This document shows, one piece after another, positions 8,214 to 17,574 of a stretch of 32,000 nt of DNA. The stretch lies in the NCBI GenBank assembly GCA_028710695.1, contig JAQTTP010000003.1, positions 69,285 to 101,284 on the forward strand, given 5' to 3'. The notes below the pieces were generated by a model. The model was not told the origin of the DNA. It made no database searches and saw only the letters and a list, made by a program, of their open reading frames with translations. A program made the position numbers and the translations under genes. Positions within the stretch are counted from its first letter, which is position 1; every line of letters starts with the position of its first letter. The DNA is from Candidatus Iainarchaeum sp. Its GTDB lineage: Archaea; Iainarchaeota; Iainarchaeia; Iainarchaeales; 0-14-0-20-30-16.

Positions 8214-11200
8214 ATGAGTTTTAGAGAGCTATATACGAAAATAGAAGATAAATATTATGCGATGTTGGATAAGATAAATCAAGTTATACCTATCCACAAG
8301 CTTACTGACCAAATTGACAAGGTAATGCCCTCGATGATATTCTTTTCTGTATTCTTTTTAGTGATAATTGGACTTATTATTTGGCTAATAGTTGCTAGTG
8401 TTGGATCTTCAACAATCACTTTTGAATTTTATTCTAATGGAACACTTGCATCCGGAGAATTTAATGTAACTTTCTCTTCCGAAGGTGGAGAACAAATTGC
8501 TCTTGTGAAGAATGGAATTGCCTTTGGAAATTATGATATGGGGGATTTTGTAACTGTGAAAATAAAAGAGCCTTATACTTTTTCAAAAACTTATGAAATT
8601 AAAAGCGAATTAATGAAAATTGACTTGCCAGGATTAGACAAACTTGCTTTGAAGGAAGCAGAAAAAAAGAATAAAGAAATTTCTATTTATTTGTATGATG
8701 GCACATCTGGGTCTCTAGTTAAAGAAAAAGCGATTGTTAGCGCAAGTTGTGAGGATTTTAGTAAAGAAATAGAAGTAACTGGAAACACAAAACTTGCAAT
8801 TCCTGATAATTGTTCTTATGTTGATTTGTTAGCAACTGCTGACGGATATTTACAATCTAAAAAAAGTTGTGATACCGCTTTGTGTAAAATATTTATGGAC
8901 AAAAAAGGAACAACTACTCCAACAACTGTTGTTCAATCAATTCCAAAAAATAAAGTTGTTGTGTATGTAAAAGATAATAAAGGAACTTCTCTGGAAGGGT
9001 TTGATGTAAAAATTACTGGGGTTGAATCAATACAAGATGTTTTGAACCAAGCAAAAACAAATGCTTTTGGAAGTTACACTTTTGAAGATATTACTGTTGG
9101 AAATTATAAATTGTATGTGTCTGATCCTTCTGGAACTTTGACTACTGTAAGCAAAGATTTAATTGTTGTATCTGGGCCTCCAGTTATTGCAGATATTACT
9201 ATGGAAAAGCCGCCTTTGGGATATTTTAATGTAAAAGTGAATACTGAGAATACAGGTGGATTTGCATTAGCTACTTTGTATGTGAAAGATGTAAATGATA
9301 ATTATCTTGGAACTGTGGACATAAATACTGGTGTAGAATACAAGATAGGTGTTTATGAAAAAGGAAAATATATTTTTAATGTAATTCCTGTAACTGGTTA
9401 TGATGAAAATTATTCAATTGTTACTGAAGAAAGAGAATACGATTTGCAAAGCGGAGATAAAAAAGTTGATTTAGTTTTGAAAGAATTAAAATATTATGAA
9501 AATACAAAAGTTAATTTGAAAGTTGTAAAAGAAAAAGATGATGGGTCTGAGGAACCATTGCCAAATATGAAAATAATAGTTGAAAATGACGAAGGCTGGC
9601 AAATAGAATTGCCTGCTGACAAAACAAAAACAGATGTAAATGGTTCTGTGAGTTTTATTTTGCCATCTGGAGTTTACATAGTTCATGCTTATAATTATTA
9701 TTTTACTGGAGAAACAAATTTACAATTATTGGACACTCCTGGTGCAACAGAATTGCCTGAAACAGATGCAAAGATTGCTGTTCAGATTGGAAAAGCAAAA
9801 ATAAAAGTTTCTGTTAAAGACGAAGATGGAAAGGATTTGACAGATGTGAAAGTAGATATCTATATGGATTCCAATTTTTTTGGACCAATGTTTATAAGTC
9901 AAGAAAAATACAAAGAGGTTCAGGTTGAGGCATATCATAGTTATTATGTAAAGGTAACAAAAGAAGGATATTTGAATTATTATAGTCCAGAGTTGGTTTT
10001 GAAGAAAGACCAATTAATGGATGAGAAAGTAATTTTGTATAATAAATTAGAACACTTAAACTCAGATCCTGAAATGATTTATGTTGGGGCATATAAAGAT
10101 CAAGAATTAAAAACAAAGCTTGATAAAATAGATCAAGAGAATGAGTTTTATTATGTGTTTGATTTAGTTGTTCCAGAATTTAGTGAAAAATTGTATGAAA
10201 TTTCTGGGGTTAAAGTAACTGGTGTTGCAGGAAACAAAAATTTGCCAGTTTTAGAAAGCGATTTAGTTTTAAAGAACGTATTTGCGTCTGGAAAAACACA
10301 TTTATTTAGTACAATAACTGGAACTTCTTTAGCAGAACAAGGTGAAGATTTTACTTATACTGCAAAATCTTTTACAAGCGAGTTTAATGGGGGCTCTTAT
10401 GTTGCAAGAATGGTTGTGCATTTGAGATCTACTGATATTCCTCAAATAGGGGATAAATTATTCTTTTATTATAAATTAGATATAGATACTAAACAAAATG
10501 GCTCTTTTAATTTGCCAATACCAACTGACGCAGAATATTATGAATTAATTAAGTTCTTGGGAAAACGAGAACTTTGTGAAAATGAAGTTGTTTGTGTTGA
10601 TACTTACTTAGATGGAATGGCAACAAGTAGTTTGCCTGGCGGAAGCGAAAATAAAGTGGAATTATATTCTGGAAAGCAGAATAATATTCTTGTAAATCTT
10701 ACAAAGGGTGATGAACTTCCAACTGAACTTGAAGCAAGTAAGTTTACAGTATTCAATTCTACAATTTCTTCTGTAGAGAACTTTAATTCTTTGAAAGACT
10801 TCTATGTTGATTTGGAAGATATGAGTTTAGTGCACGACAAAATAACATCTACAAAGCCAATAGAAATTGACTCACAAACAGCACCGGTATTTGTAAAAGA
10901 AGCATCAATAAATAATTATAAAATTAATACTACTTTGAAGTTTGATTCAAAAATTGAATTGGTGGAACCAGAGAATTCAAAACTTTATTTTAATTTTGAT
11001 ACTACTAATGAAGTTGAGCAAGTATATGTTGATTTAGAAACAATGAACGATGACGAACCATTAAAGTTAGAAGGGCTGCCAGAAGGAGATCTTTTGATTC
11101 CTGGAATTGAAAACTCTTTTGATGTAATTGTGAAATCTGGAGAAGATAAGATTGGGGCTGCAATAATAAAAATATATTTCTTTGATGGAATGAATTGGTC

Positions 11201-14200
11201 TTTAGAAAATACTTTTACTGCAGGAAATGATGGTGTTGCAAAAATTACTATAAAGCCACACACACAAGGTGAAGAAGTAAAAATATCTGCTGAAAAAGAA
11301 AGTTATTTGCCTTGTGCAAAGATTTTATTAGTAAGTACTGATTTGTTTGAAATAAACAAAAGCAAGAATGAAACAAAAATAGTTTATCCAAAAGATTTAA
11401 ATCCAGTTGCAGGAAAATTGGGAATAAAAAACAAAACAAATATTGATTTTGAAGTTTATAATGTGGAATTTGTGGGTTCTTCAAATTTGGGTTTATTGAT
11501 GAATGTAGAAAAAATGGAAAACTACCTTAAAGATGCAAAACCATTGTTAATTCCAAATGAAGAAACAATAGGATTTAAAATGCATTATAATGATTTGCCA
11601 GTACAAACTTTGACAGATTCAGTTGCTCTTGATGATGTTCATGCAATGTTATCTGTTAGGCCAAAAGGATCAGAAAGTGAAATTGTTTTGGATGTTCCAA
11701 TAACTTTGGAAATAACTTTTAATAATCAGCCTTTGGAAGAGAATTGTGTTTCTGTTGAATTTACAAAAGATTTAAGTAAACTATCTGGGGAAACAGAGTT
11801 TAGTGCTGTATTCCTGAACGGTGTTGCGCCAGAAACTTATTTGATAATAGAAAACTCTTGTACAATTGAATTGAACGAAGGCCAAGGAAGTGTTGCGGAT
11901 TATGAATTTGCTGACTTTTTGTTAGATGCGTCATTTTCTAAGATGGCAAATAATATAATGGGCGGATTCACAATTAATATTGAAGGTGCAAGTGATAATA
12001 CAAAAACAGAAAATTATTCTTTGTTTAAAGTTGATACTGGCGAAGTAATAAAATTGCTTTCTCCAAAGAAAAAGAGCAATGACAAATATATTTACAAAAT
12101 CACATTTGAAAAACTTGGAGATTATGAATTTGGAAAGAACGGAACAAATGTAGAATTTAAATTTATTCCAAAGTACCAAGGTGTTGGAAACCAAACGATC
12201 TCTTTTGGAGAGAAGAAACTTTCAATGAACGTTTCTGAAAAGAAGATATCTGATTGCTTATATTTCGGGTTGAATACAAATGTTAATACCCAATCTGTTG
12301 CTACCGACACTGAAGGAGTGGCTACTGAAGAAGGTTCTGAACAGCAAGTTATTATGCCAATTAGTATAGACGAACAACAATATTATTTGAAAGGTGGAAA
12401 TGGAATATTAAGATTGGGTTATGATTATGTTGATGAGACTGTGGGCCCAGAATCTTTGAATGCGAATTTGACTTTGGATAACACAAGTAACTTGCAAATA
12501 ACTAGGCCAGGTAATGATTATGTTGTAAACTCCCTGCCGCTTTTAATTAAGAACACTTGTGGAATTGATTTGGAAATAAAATTGTGTAAAGAAGATGATG
12601 AATATTGTAGAATTCCTGATGTAGGATTTATGCAATTTGATACTTTATATGGTGTTGAAGGATTTGAGTTATATAATACTCCTTTAACTATTGGTGCGGA
12701 TAAAGAAATACAATTCTCCTTATTGAGGCCGCAGGAATTCTCCGGTGCTGTTGTACTTCCTTTGTATGTAAAAAACACAACAGGAGAATATGGCTTGGCA
12801 AAAGAAGCAAAGGTATCAGTTCAATCTTCATTGTTTAATCCATACTTTGTGTTAAATCCATTTGTTGAAGATGGAAACATGGACATTACTTTCTACAAGA
12901 ATGAATATTATCCAGATATGACTGGTTGGTCAGATCCAATAGAGAAACAGTTATTGACCAACGACACAGATTCAAGCTCATATCTGCGATTGATCCAAAT
13001 AACTCCTGGTCCAATTTTTAATTATGATGGGGACGATGATTCTGGAAATATTTTAGATTCTTTTGAAGCACTGAACCCAAAGTCAATTGACTATACGGAT
13101 GATAGTTCTGATGTTGACCAAAGTCTTAGTGAAAAAGTTGTTGGGGTTGTAGGCGGTATGATTAGTGGCGGCGTAGATATATTGTACTATATAAAAGAAG
13201 TAGAATATAATCTTCCACAATGGGCTATAATAAAAATAATGGCAAATAGATTCCATAAAGGGTCTTTGAGTGATTTAGATGATGATGTGGCCGCAACAGC
13301 AGAATATAGAATTTGGTCAGAAAGCTTGCCAATACAAAATATATTAAATAATAAACAGATTTTTGACGGTTTTAATAATGATTGGTGTGAGCTTGAAGAT
13401 GATTCTTGCTTCTTTAATTATGAAGGCCCAGTTCAAAAAATTGCAGATATTTTGCGTGAAACTGTCGGAACAAAGTACCCTTATTTTACATCAATAAGTG
13501 TTGCAAGGTTGGAAGGAGATTGTGGTTGGTCAAATGTTATTGCCTATGCACAAGGGTTTTGTCCACAGGGGTATGAACTTGCAAAAATAGAACTTTTTAG
13601 AAAAGATGGCGGAACTGTTGATGGCAGAGATAATACTTTCTCTCAAGTTACTGAAGGCAAGACAACAAAATACTTATATGGTGGCTCTGTAAACTTTGAA
13701 GATAAATATATTAATGAAGAGTCAGATACTGGCTATCAGATGATGACTATTTGTAGGCTTCCTAGATCAGAGTTTGGAGAAGTAGATCGTGCTGTTGGGG
13801 GAACAATGAAATATAGTTCTTTTGGCAGTGGGTCAATATTTGATTCCTCAGGAATAGAAAATATTGTAAAAAGTAAGATCCAAGCAACAGACATATTTAA
13901 TTGCACGGACTGCACTTCTGAATTGAGAGAATTTTTATTTGATGTATATGATGCAGAGGCAGCAGATATGGATTGTGAAATAACACCGCCAGGTTATTTT
14001 GATGCGGGTGATAATGATGAATATGAGATATACCAGAATAATTCATCTGGATGCCCCGGATTTGACTACTCAAAAATAAACTTATTAAATGAGTTATACC
14101 AAGGCAAGGAAAATGATGTAGACAATTATAAGGCAAGGACTGCGGCAGTAGTAACTAGTATAGTAACAAACTCAGGGAAAACGACATCTGGAGAACTTGC

Positions 14201-15590
14201 TTATGCAGCAAATATGGCTTTTGCAGGTAGTGATACTTTCTTTGGTTATATTGATGATGCATATGGTATTAATTTTGATGGGCTAATAATAGAACTTTGT
14301 AAAGATGGTTCAAAGACAAAAAATAATGGTACTTGTAGTCATGCAACTCAATTACGTGCTAGCTTTGGACCGTATAATTATAATTCCATCTCTATAACTG
14401 CTGCTGAATTTGATGGCTTAAATTCAAACATAAGACTATATCTTGAGCCAAAGACAATGAAGAAAGACTTTGCATTCTATAAGAAAGTAAATTCATGCCC
14501 ATATGGTGGGTATACTGGCCCAGAAGTAAAGCCAACAATAAATTATACTTGGGCAGAAAGTGCAATAAAAAAAGATTTCTGTGTTGTTGAGGGTGAAGAG
14601 AATTATGCAGATGTAAATGCTTGTGATTTAGTTCAATTCTCTAAAGTGATTTCAAAACAATTTTCAGATGATATGGAACAAAAGCATTTTACTGTAAAAC
14701 TGATGTATGACAACTATTCTGAAAGTGCAATAAATTCTTTAATAGAATGGTCTTTCTTTGAACACATAAAAGATTTAAGAATCCTGAATTATGATGGAAG
14801 CCCGGTGGGAGAAATTGGGCCTGGAATTTACAATGTAGATTTAATACGTGATGAAAATGTATTGGATGTGTACTTATCATATCTGACAAGTTATGGGCCA
14901 GATCATATATTCTATAGGATGCCTGTAGACAATGTTGGTACTGGGGCAATCCCTGGAATTGGAACTTCAATGAACTATCCAATAAATTATGATGGCTTTG
15001 GAAGCTTTAGTCAGATTAAAGATGACGTTTCTACCTTAAAAGAATATTCTGTTTCAAACCACGATTTGAAAACAATAAATACAACTCAAAAAGGAACTGT
15101 GTTTGCAGGATACTTTAATGATGGCTTGATATATTGGAATAACATGGATGTATATCTGCTGACTGCACACTTGGGAACTGACGAGAATAAAGAAATTTTG
15201 CTAACTGCTCCAGAATATGATACGGAAATCTATGAAGTTCTAAAATCTGGCTGGATTTATGAAGATGGTGAAGACTACTACTATGCTGAAAATGCGGGAT
15301 TTGGGTTTGGAGTGGTTGACACAGATAATGGCAAGAAGTTAAAGATAAGTAATGCAAGCGGATACAATAGAACTGTAAAGAAAATATTATTCTATCCACA
15401 AGGAAGCGCGTTGGATTTGCCAGAACAGGATGATGTAACTCTTACACAGCTTGATGTTGAGCCAATATACAGTATAACAGACATATTCAAAGGATTGGAA
15501 AATGAAAACATTTGTTATAGGGCTTTGGAAGACGGAAGTGAATATTATTATAACCCTTTGAAATTATTAGATATAATACAAACGCAATAA
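8214..15590 (+). CDS. Giant membrane-anchored surface protein 2 (about 2458 aa from ATG 8214), paralog of 824..8062
   Basis: The ORF track starts at TTG 8178. ATG 8214 gives MSFRELYTKIEDKYYAMLDKINQVIPIHKLTDQIDKVMPSMIFF..., which aligns residue-for-residue with the N-terminus of gene 1. It has the same TM anchor, beta-sandwich modules (e.g. KIKVSVKDEDGKDLTDVKVDIY...VKVTKEGYLNYY) and a colinear C-terminal module. Confidence 0.9.
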   Translation: MSFRELYTKIEDKYYAMLDKINQVIPIHKLTDQIDKVMPSMIFFSVFFLVIIGLIIWLIVASVGSSTITFEFYSNGTLASGEFNVTFSSEGGEQIALVKNGIAFGNYDMGDFVTVKIKEPYTFSKTYEIKSELMKIDLPGLDKLALKEAEKKNKEISIYLYDGTSGSLVKEKAIVSASCEDFSKEIEVTGNTKLAIPDNCSYVDLLATADGYLQSKKSCDTALCKIFMDKKGTTTPTTVVQSIPKNKVVVYVKDNKGTSLEGFDVKITGVESIQDVLNQAKTNAFGSYTFEDITVGNYKLYVSDPSGTLTTVSKDLIVVSGPPVIADITMEKPPLGYFNVKVNTENTGGFALATLYVKDVNDNYLGTVDINTGVEYKIGVYEKGKYIFNVIPVTGYDENYSIVTEEREYDLQSGDKKVDLVLKELKYYENTKVNLKVVKEKDDGSEEPLPNMKIIVENDEGWQIELPADKTKTDVNGSVSFILPSGVYIVHAYNYYFTGETNLQLLDTPGATELPETDAKIAVQIGKAKIKVSVKDEDGKDLTDVKVDIYMDSNFFGPMFISQEKYKEVQVEAYHSYYVKVTKEGYLNYYSPELVLKKDQLMDEKVILYNKLEHLNSDPEMIYVGAYKDQELKTKLDKIDQENEFYYVFDLVVPEFSEKLYEISGVKVTGVAGNKNLPVLESDLVLKNVFASGKTHLFSTITGTSLAEQGEDFTYTAKSFTSEFNGGSYVARMVVHLRSTDIPQIGDKLFFYYKLDIDTKQNGSFNLPIPTDAEYYELIKFLGKRELCENEVVCVDTYLDGMATSSLPGGSENKVELYSGKQNNILVNLTKGDELPTELEASKFTVFNSTISSVENFNSLKDFYVDLEDMSLVHDKITSTKPIEIDSQTAPVFVKEASINNYKINTTLKFDSKIELVEPENSKLYFNFDTTNEVEQVYVDLETMNDDEPLKLEGLPEGDLLIPGIENSFDVIVKSGEDKIGAAIIKIYFFDGMNWSLENTFTAGNDGVAKITIKPHTQGEEVKISAEKESYLPCAKILLVSTDLFEINKSKNETKIVYPKDLNPVAGKLGIKNKTNIDFEVYNVEFVGSSNLGLLMNVEKMENYLKDAKPLLIPNEETIGFKMHYNDLPVQTLTDSVALDDVHAMLSVRPKGSESEIVLDVPITLEITFNNQPLEENCVSVEFTKDLSKLSGETEFSAVFLNGVAPETYLIIENSCTIELNEGQGSVADYEFADFLLDASFSKMANNIMGGFTINIEGASDNTKTENYSLFKVDTGEVIKLLSPKKKSNDKYIYKITFEKLGDYEFGKNGTNVEFKFIPKYQGVGNQTISFGEKKLSMNVSEKKISDCLYFGLNTNVNTQSVATDTEGVATEEGSEQQVIMPISIDEQQYYLKGGNGILRLGYDYVDETVGPESLNANLTLDNTSNLQITRPGNDYVVNSLPLLIKNTCGIDLEIKLCKEDDEYCRIPDVGFMQFDTLYGVEGFELYNTPLTIGADKEIQFSLLRPQEFSGAVVLPLYVKNTTGEYGLAKEAKVSVQSSLFNPYFVLNPFVEDGNMDITFYKNEYYPDMTGWSDPIEKQLLTNDTDSSSYLRLIQITPGPIFNYDGDDDSGNILDSFEALNPKSIDYTDDSSDVDQSLSEKVVGVVGGMISGGVDILYYIKEVEYNLPQWAIIKIMANRFHKGSLSDLDDDVAATAEYRIWSESLPIQNILNNKQIFDGFNNDWCELEDDSCFFNYEGPVQKIADILRETVGTKYPYFTSISVARLEGDCGWSNVIAYAQGFCPQGYELAKIELFRKDGGTVDGRDNTFSQVTEGKTTKYLYGGSVNFEDKYINEESDTGYQMMTICRLPRSEFGEVDRAVGGTMKYSSFGSGSIFDSSGIENIVKSKIQATDIFNCTDCTSELREFLFDVYDAEAADMDCEITPPGYFDAGDNDEYEIYQNNSSGCPGFDYSKINLLNELYQGKENDVDNYKARTAAVVTSIVTNSGKTTSGELAYAANMAFAGSDTFFGYIDDAYGINFDGLIIELCKDGSKTKNNGTCSHATQLRASFGPYNYNSISITAAEFDGLNSNIRLYLEPKTMKKDFAFYKKVNSCPYGGYTGPEVKPTINYTWAESAIKKDFCVVEGEENYADVNACDLVQFSKVISKQFSDDMEQKHFTVKLMYDNYSESAINSLIEWSFFEHIKDLRILNYDGSPVGEIGPGIYNVDLIRDENVLDVYLSYLTSYGPDHIFYRMPVDNVGTGAIPGIGTSMNYPINYDGFGSFSQIKDDVSTLKEYSVSNHDLKTINTTQKGTVFAGYFNDGLIYWNNMDVYLLTAHLGTDENKEILLTAPEYDTEIYEVLKSGWIYEDGEDYYYAENAGFGFGVVDTDNGKKLKISNASGYNRTVKKILFYPQGSALDLPEQDDVTLTQLDVEPIYSITDIFKGLENENICYRALEDGSEYYYNPLKLLDIIQTQ

Positions 15591-15623
15591 GTAACAGGAT
15601 AATGAAAAAATTGGTGTTTAAGA

Positions 15624-16043
15624 ATGGATATAACAATGTTGATAGGGCTAGGAGAGTTCTTTGGGGACTTTGTCTTCATAATAAAGATCTTTGCCTTTAT
15701 TGCCATTCTTGGGTTTGTTAACAGATATATCCAGAGCAAGTTAATAAAAATAATAATGGTCGTGTTTATGGGTTATTTTATCCTTATTGCAAACTGGGCT
15801 GTATTTGGAACTATGTTTGTGATATATACTTTATTGGGAATTGGTGTTGCAGGAATACTAACAGATTTCTTCTTTGCTGGTCAGAATATTATTGGTGAAG
15901 GTGAACAAGAAAGGCAGATGGCCCAAGAAAAAGAGCGGGAAGAAATGGAGAGAAGAAGAATGCTTGAGGATGCACGGCCAGTATCTAGTAGTGCGAGTTT
16001 GCATAAAAGGCCCCCAATTCCACCTGCACTTATGAGAAGGTAG
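15624..16043 (+). CDS. Small polytopic membrane protein with charged/Pro-rich C-terminal tail (139 aa)
   Basis: Starts 33 nt after the giant gene 2 stop. It has 3-4 hydrophobic helices, then GEGEQERQMAQEKEREEMERRRMLEDA...KRPPIPPALMRR. Confidence 0.75.
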   Translation: MDITMLIGLGEFFGDFVFIIKIFAFIAILGFVNRYIQSKLIKIIMVVFMGYFILIANWAVFGTMFVIYTLLGIGVAGILTDFFFAGQNIIGEGEQERQMAQEKEREEMERRRMLEDARPVSSSASLHKRPPIPPALMRR

Positions 16044-16047
16044 AACT

Positions 16048-16407
16048 ATGGCGATTAAATTAAATGAAAAGGGTGCAATAATAATTGCAATTGGCATTGC
16101 GTTTGTAGTAATAATACTGCTGCCAATTGTGTTTATGCAAATCTTTTCAATTTCAAAGCCTCTATTTCAGATTATAATTGCCTTTGTTATAATGGGGTAT
16201 ATACGAAATGTTGGAATAGAAGGAATACCATTTTGGACTTTGTCTGCTATTCTAATATACTTTTTAGCTTGGAAATATGTTGAGATTGCTTCAAGCTTTT
16301 ATGTTTTGATGTTATTAATGGGTTTAGGATTTACTTCATCTTTGATCTGGGGTTCAATATTCTTTACTGGGCTTTTGAAAAATAGAAAAATGGCGAAGCA
16401 AGGATAA
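16048..16407 (+). CDS. Small 4-TM membrane protein (119 aa)
   Basis: 4-nt gap after the previous gene. Four hydrophobic segments and a short basic C-terminus (KNRKMAKQG). Confidence 0.75.
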   Translation: MAIKLNEKGAIIIAIGIAFVVIILLPIVFMQIFSISKPLFQIIIAFVIMGYIRNVGIEGIPFWTLSAILIYFLAWKYVEIASSFYVLMLLMGLGFTSSLIWGSIFFTGLLKNRKMAKQG

Positions 16408-16441
16408 CTATAAAAACAAAATTGTGTTATATAGTGATAAT

Positions 16442-16687
16442 ATGAATTGGATTCTGTTAGTTGCTGATGTAGGAACATTTAAAGGGGATGTATGGTTAGC
16501 CCTGTTCCTTTACGTAAGTATAATGGTTTTTGCATGGGCAAAAGGAAAGCTTGGAAGCCCAGAAGTAGCTATTTTGTATACAATCATAATGATGTTTTTG
16601 GTGTTTTATCAGCACGATGTTCTAATTTGGCTTGCCTTGGGACTATACCTTTACCAGACCTATGGTAAGGAGATATTCAAGGGCTGA
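16442..16687 (+). CDS. Small 3-TM membrane protein (81 aa from ATG; track uses GTG 16424)
   Basis: The ORF is almost entirely hydrophobic (VWLALFLYVSIMVFAWA, VAILYTIIMMFLVFY, VLIWLALGLYLY). ATG 16442 is preferred over GTG 16424 but the choice is unresolved. Confidence 0.65.
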   Translation: MNWILLVADVGTFKGDVWLALFLYVSIMVFAWAKGKLGSPEVAILYTIIMMFLVFYQHDVLIWLALGLYLYQTYGKEIFKG

Positions 16688-16692
16688 TCTGA

Positions 16693-17031
16693 ATGGAAAT
16701 TTTCTCCTTTATAATCTCGATGTTTGTAATGATGGTTGCATCGCAATATGGGTTATATTGGCTTATGATAATAGTTGCGGGTGTTGCTGCTTTCATGTCT
16801 AAGGAGAAGAAAGTACTGATAATTTTTGTGATTTATATTGCAATCCTGTATTTCATAAAGGGCACTGCCTATGAATCTTATGGAATTTATGTTGCTGCAG
16901 TAATCATTGTGGTTTATTTAATCTTGAATAAAGGGGATTCTGGTGGTGAAGAAGAAGCACTGGGCGGAATGGGAGATCAATATGGTGATCTTCTGAAGGG
17001 CCTTGGCGGCGGTGGCGGCGGGGGAATGTAA
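16693..17031 (+). CDS. Small 4-TM membrane protein with acidic/poly-Gly tail (112 aa)
   Basis: 5-nt gap after the previous gene. Four hydrophobic segments, then DSGGEEEALGGMGDQYGDLLKGLGGGGGGGM, encoded by a locally GC-rich tract. Confidence 0.75.
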   Translation: MEIFSFIISMFVMMVASQYGLYWLMIIVAGVAAFMSKEKKVLIIFVIYIAILYFIKGTAYESYGIYVAAVIIVVYLILNKGDSGGEEEALGGMGDQYGDLLKGLGGGGGGGM

Positions 17032-17075
17032 ATTCCTGAAGGAATTGTGAAGGAAAACCCCCCAAAAAGACCAAG

Positions 17076-17138
17076 AAACCTTTATAAAGCTATGTTATAT
17101 TGATTATATATATTATATATAGAGCGATGTGAAGTATC
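17076..17138 (+). promoter_or_regulatory. Promoter region of the 17139 gene
   Basis: aaacctttataaa (17076-17088) is identical to the 13-mer upstream of ftsZ (23761-23773). It is followed by a (TA)n tract and gagcgat, mirroring tatatatacagcgat upstream of giant gene 1. Confidence 0.5.
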
Positions 17139-17483
17139 ATGAAGTTATTAATTGCTTTGTTATTAGGAATATTGGTATTTGGATTGATGAACAACTCATC
17201 CCTGTTAAGTATAGGTCTAATTTTGTTAGGAGTTTACCTATTGTTTAACATAGTACAGGGTGCAAAGAGCAATGCAAGTACTTTGAAGAAGTTTGTTGAT
17301 GTTAAGGAAATTAACTTCGACAATCTAAAATGCCCTGAGGGTATTGTGGACAATATGTTGAAGGATGCCGGAAAAGTTACAAAGAATATGCTTAACGGAA
17401 ACAAGACTGAAAACATAGGAAAGGCATTGCATAACGGAACTTATAATGCTTTACAAGACGTTGGTGCTCCTTTCAAGAACTAG
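17139..17483 (+). CDS. Small membrane protein, two N-terminal TM helices plus ~70-aa soluble domain (114 aa)
   Basis: MKLLIALLLGILVFGLMNNSSLLSIGLILLGVYLLFNIV, then a hydrophilic Lys/Asn-rich domain. It has its own promoter and is followed by T-runs. Confidence 0.7.
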   Translation: MKLLIALLLGILVFGLMNNSSLLSIGLILLGVYLLFNIVQGAKSNASTLKKFVDVKEINFDNLKCPEGIVDNMLKDAGKVTKNMLNGNKTENIGKALHNGTYNALQDVGAPFKN

Positions 17484-17498
17484 TACAACGCCTAAACC

Positions 17499-17519
17499 TT
17501 TTTTTTATTGGTTTTTTTT
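17499..17519 (+). terminator. Oligo-T terminator after the membrane-protein cassette
   Basis: ccttttttttattggtttttttt: two T8 runs directly after the stop at 17483. Confidence 0.6.
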
Positions 17520-17574
17520 CAAAATCTAATCTTTAATGGCAAAAATTATAAGCCCTACTTGATAATATGTAAAT

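Noticed and set aside
1705-15399. Numerous 60-143 aa antisense or out-of-frame ORFs inside the giant genes (e.g. 1705..1992, 6775..7206, 9726..10013, 14689..14982)
   Set aside because: They are wholly nested in two uninterrupted >7 kb ORFs with a coherent domain pattern. Their translations are low-complexity, as expected from AT-rich antisense reading.
15602-15722. Short ORF from ATG 15602 between giant gene 2 and the first small membrane gene
   Set aside because: It is ~40 codons, out of frame with and overlapping the clearly hydrophobic 15624 ORF, and has no distinguishing features.
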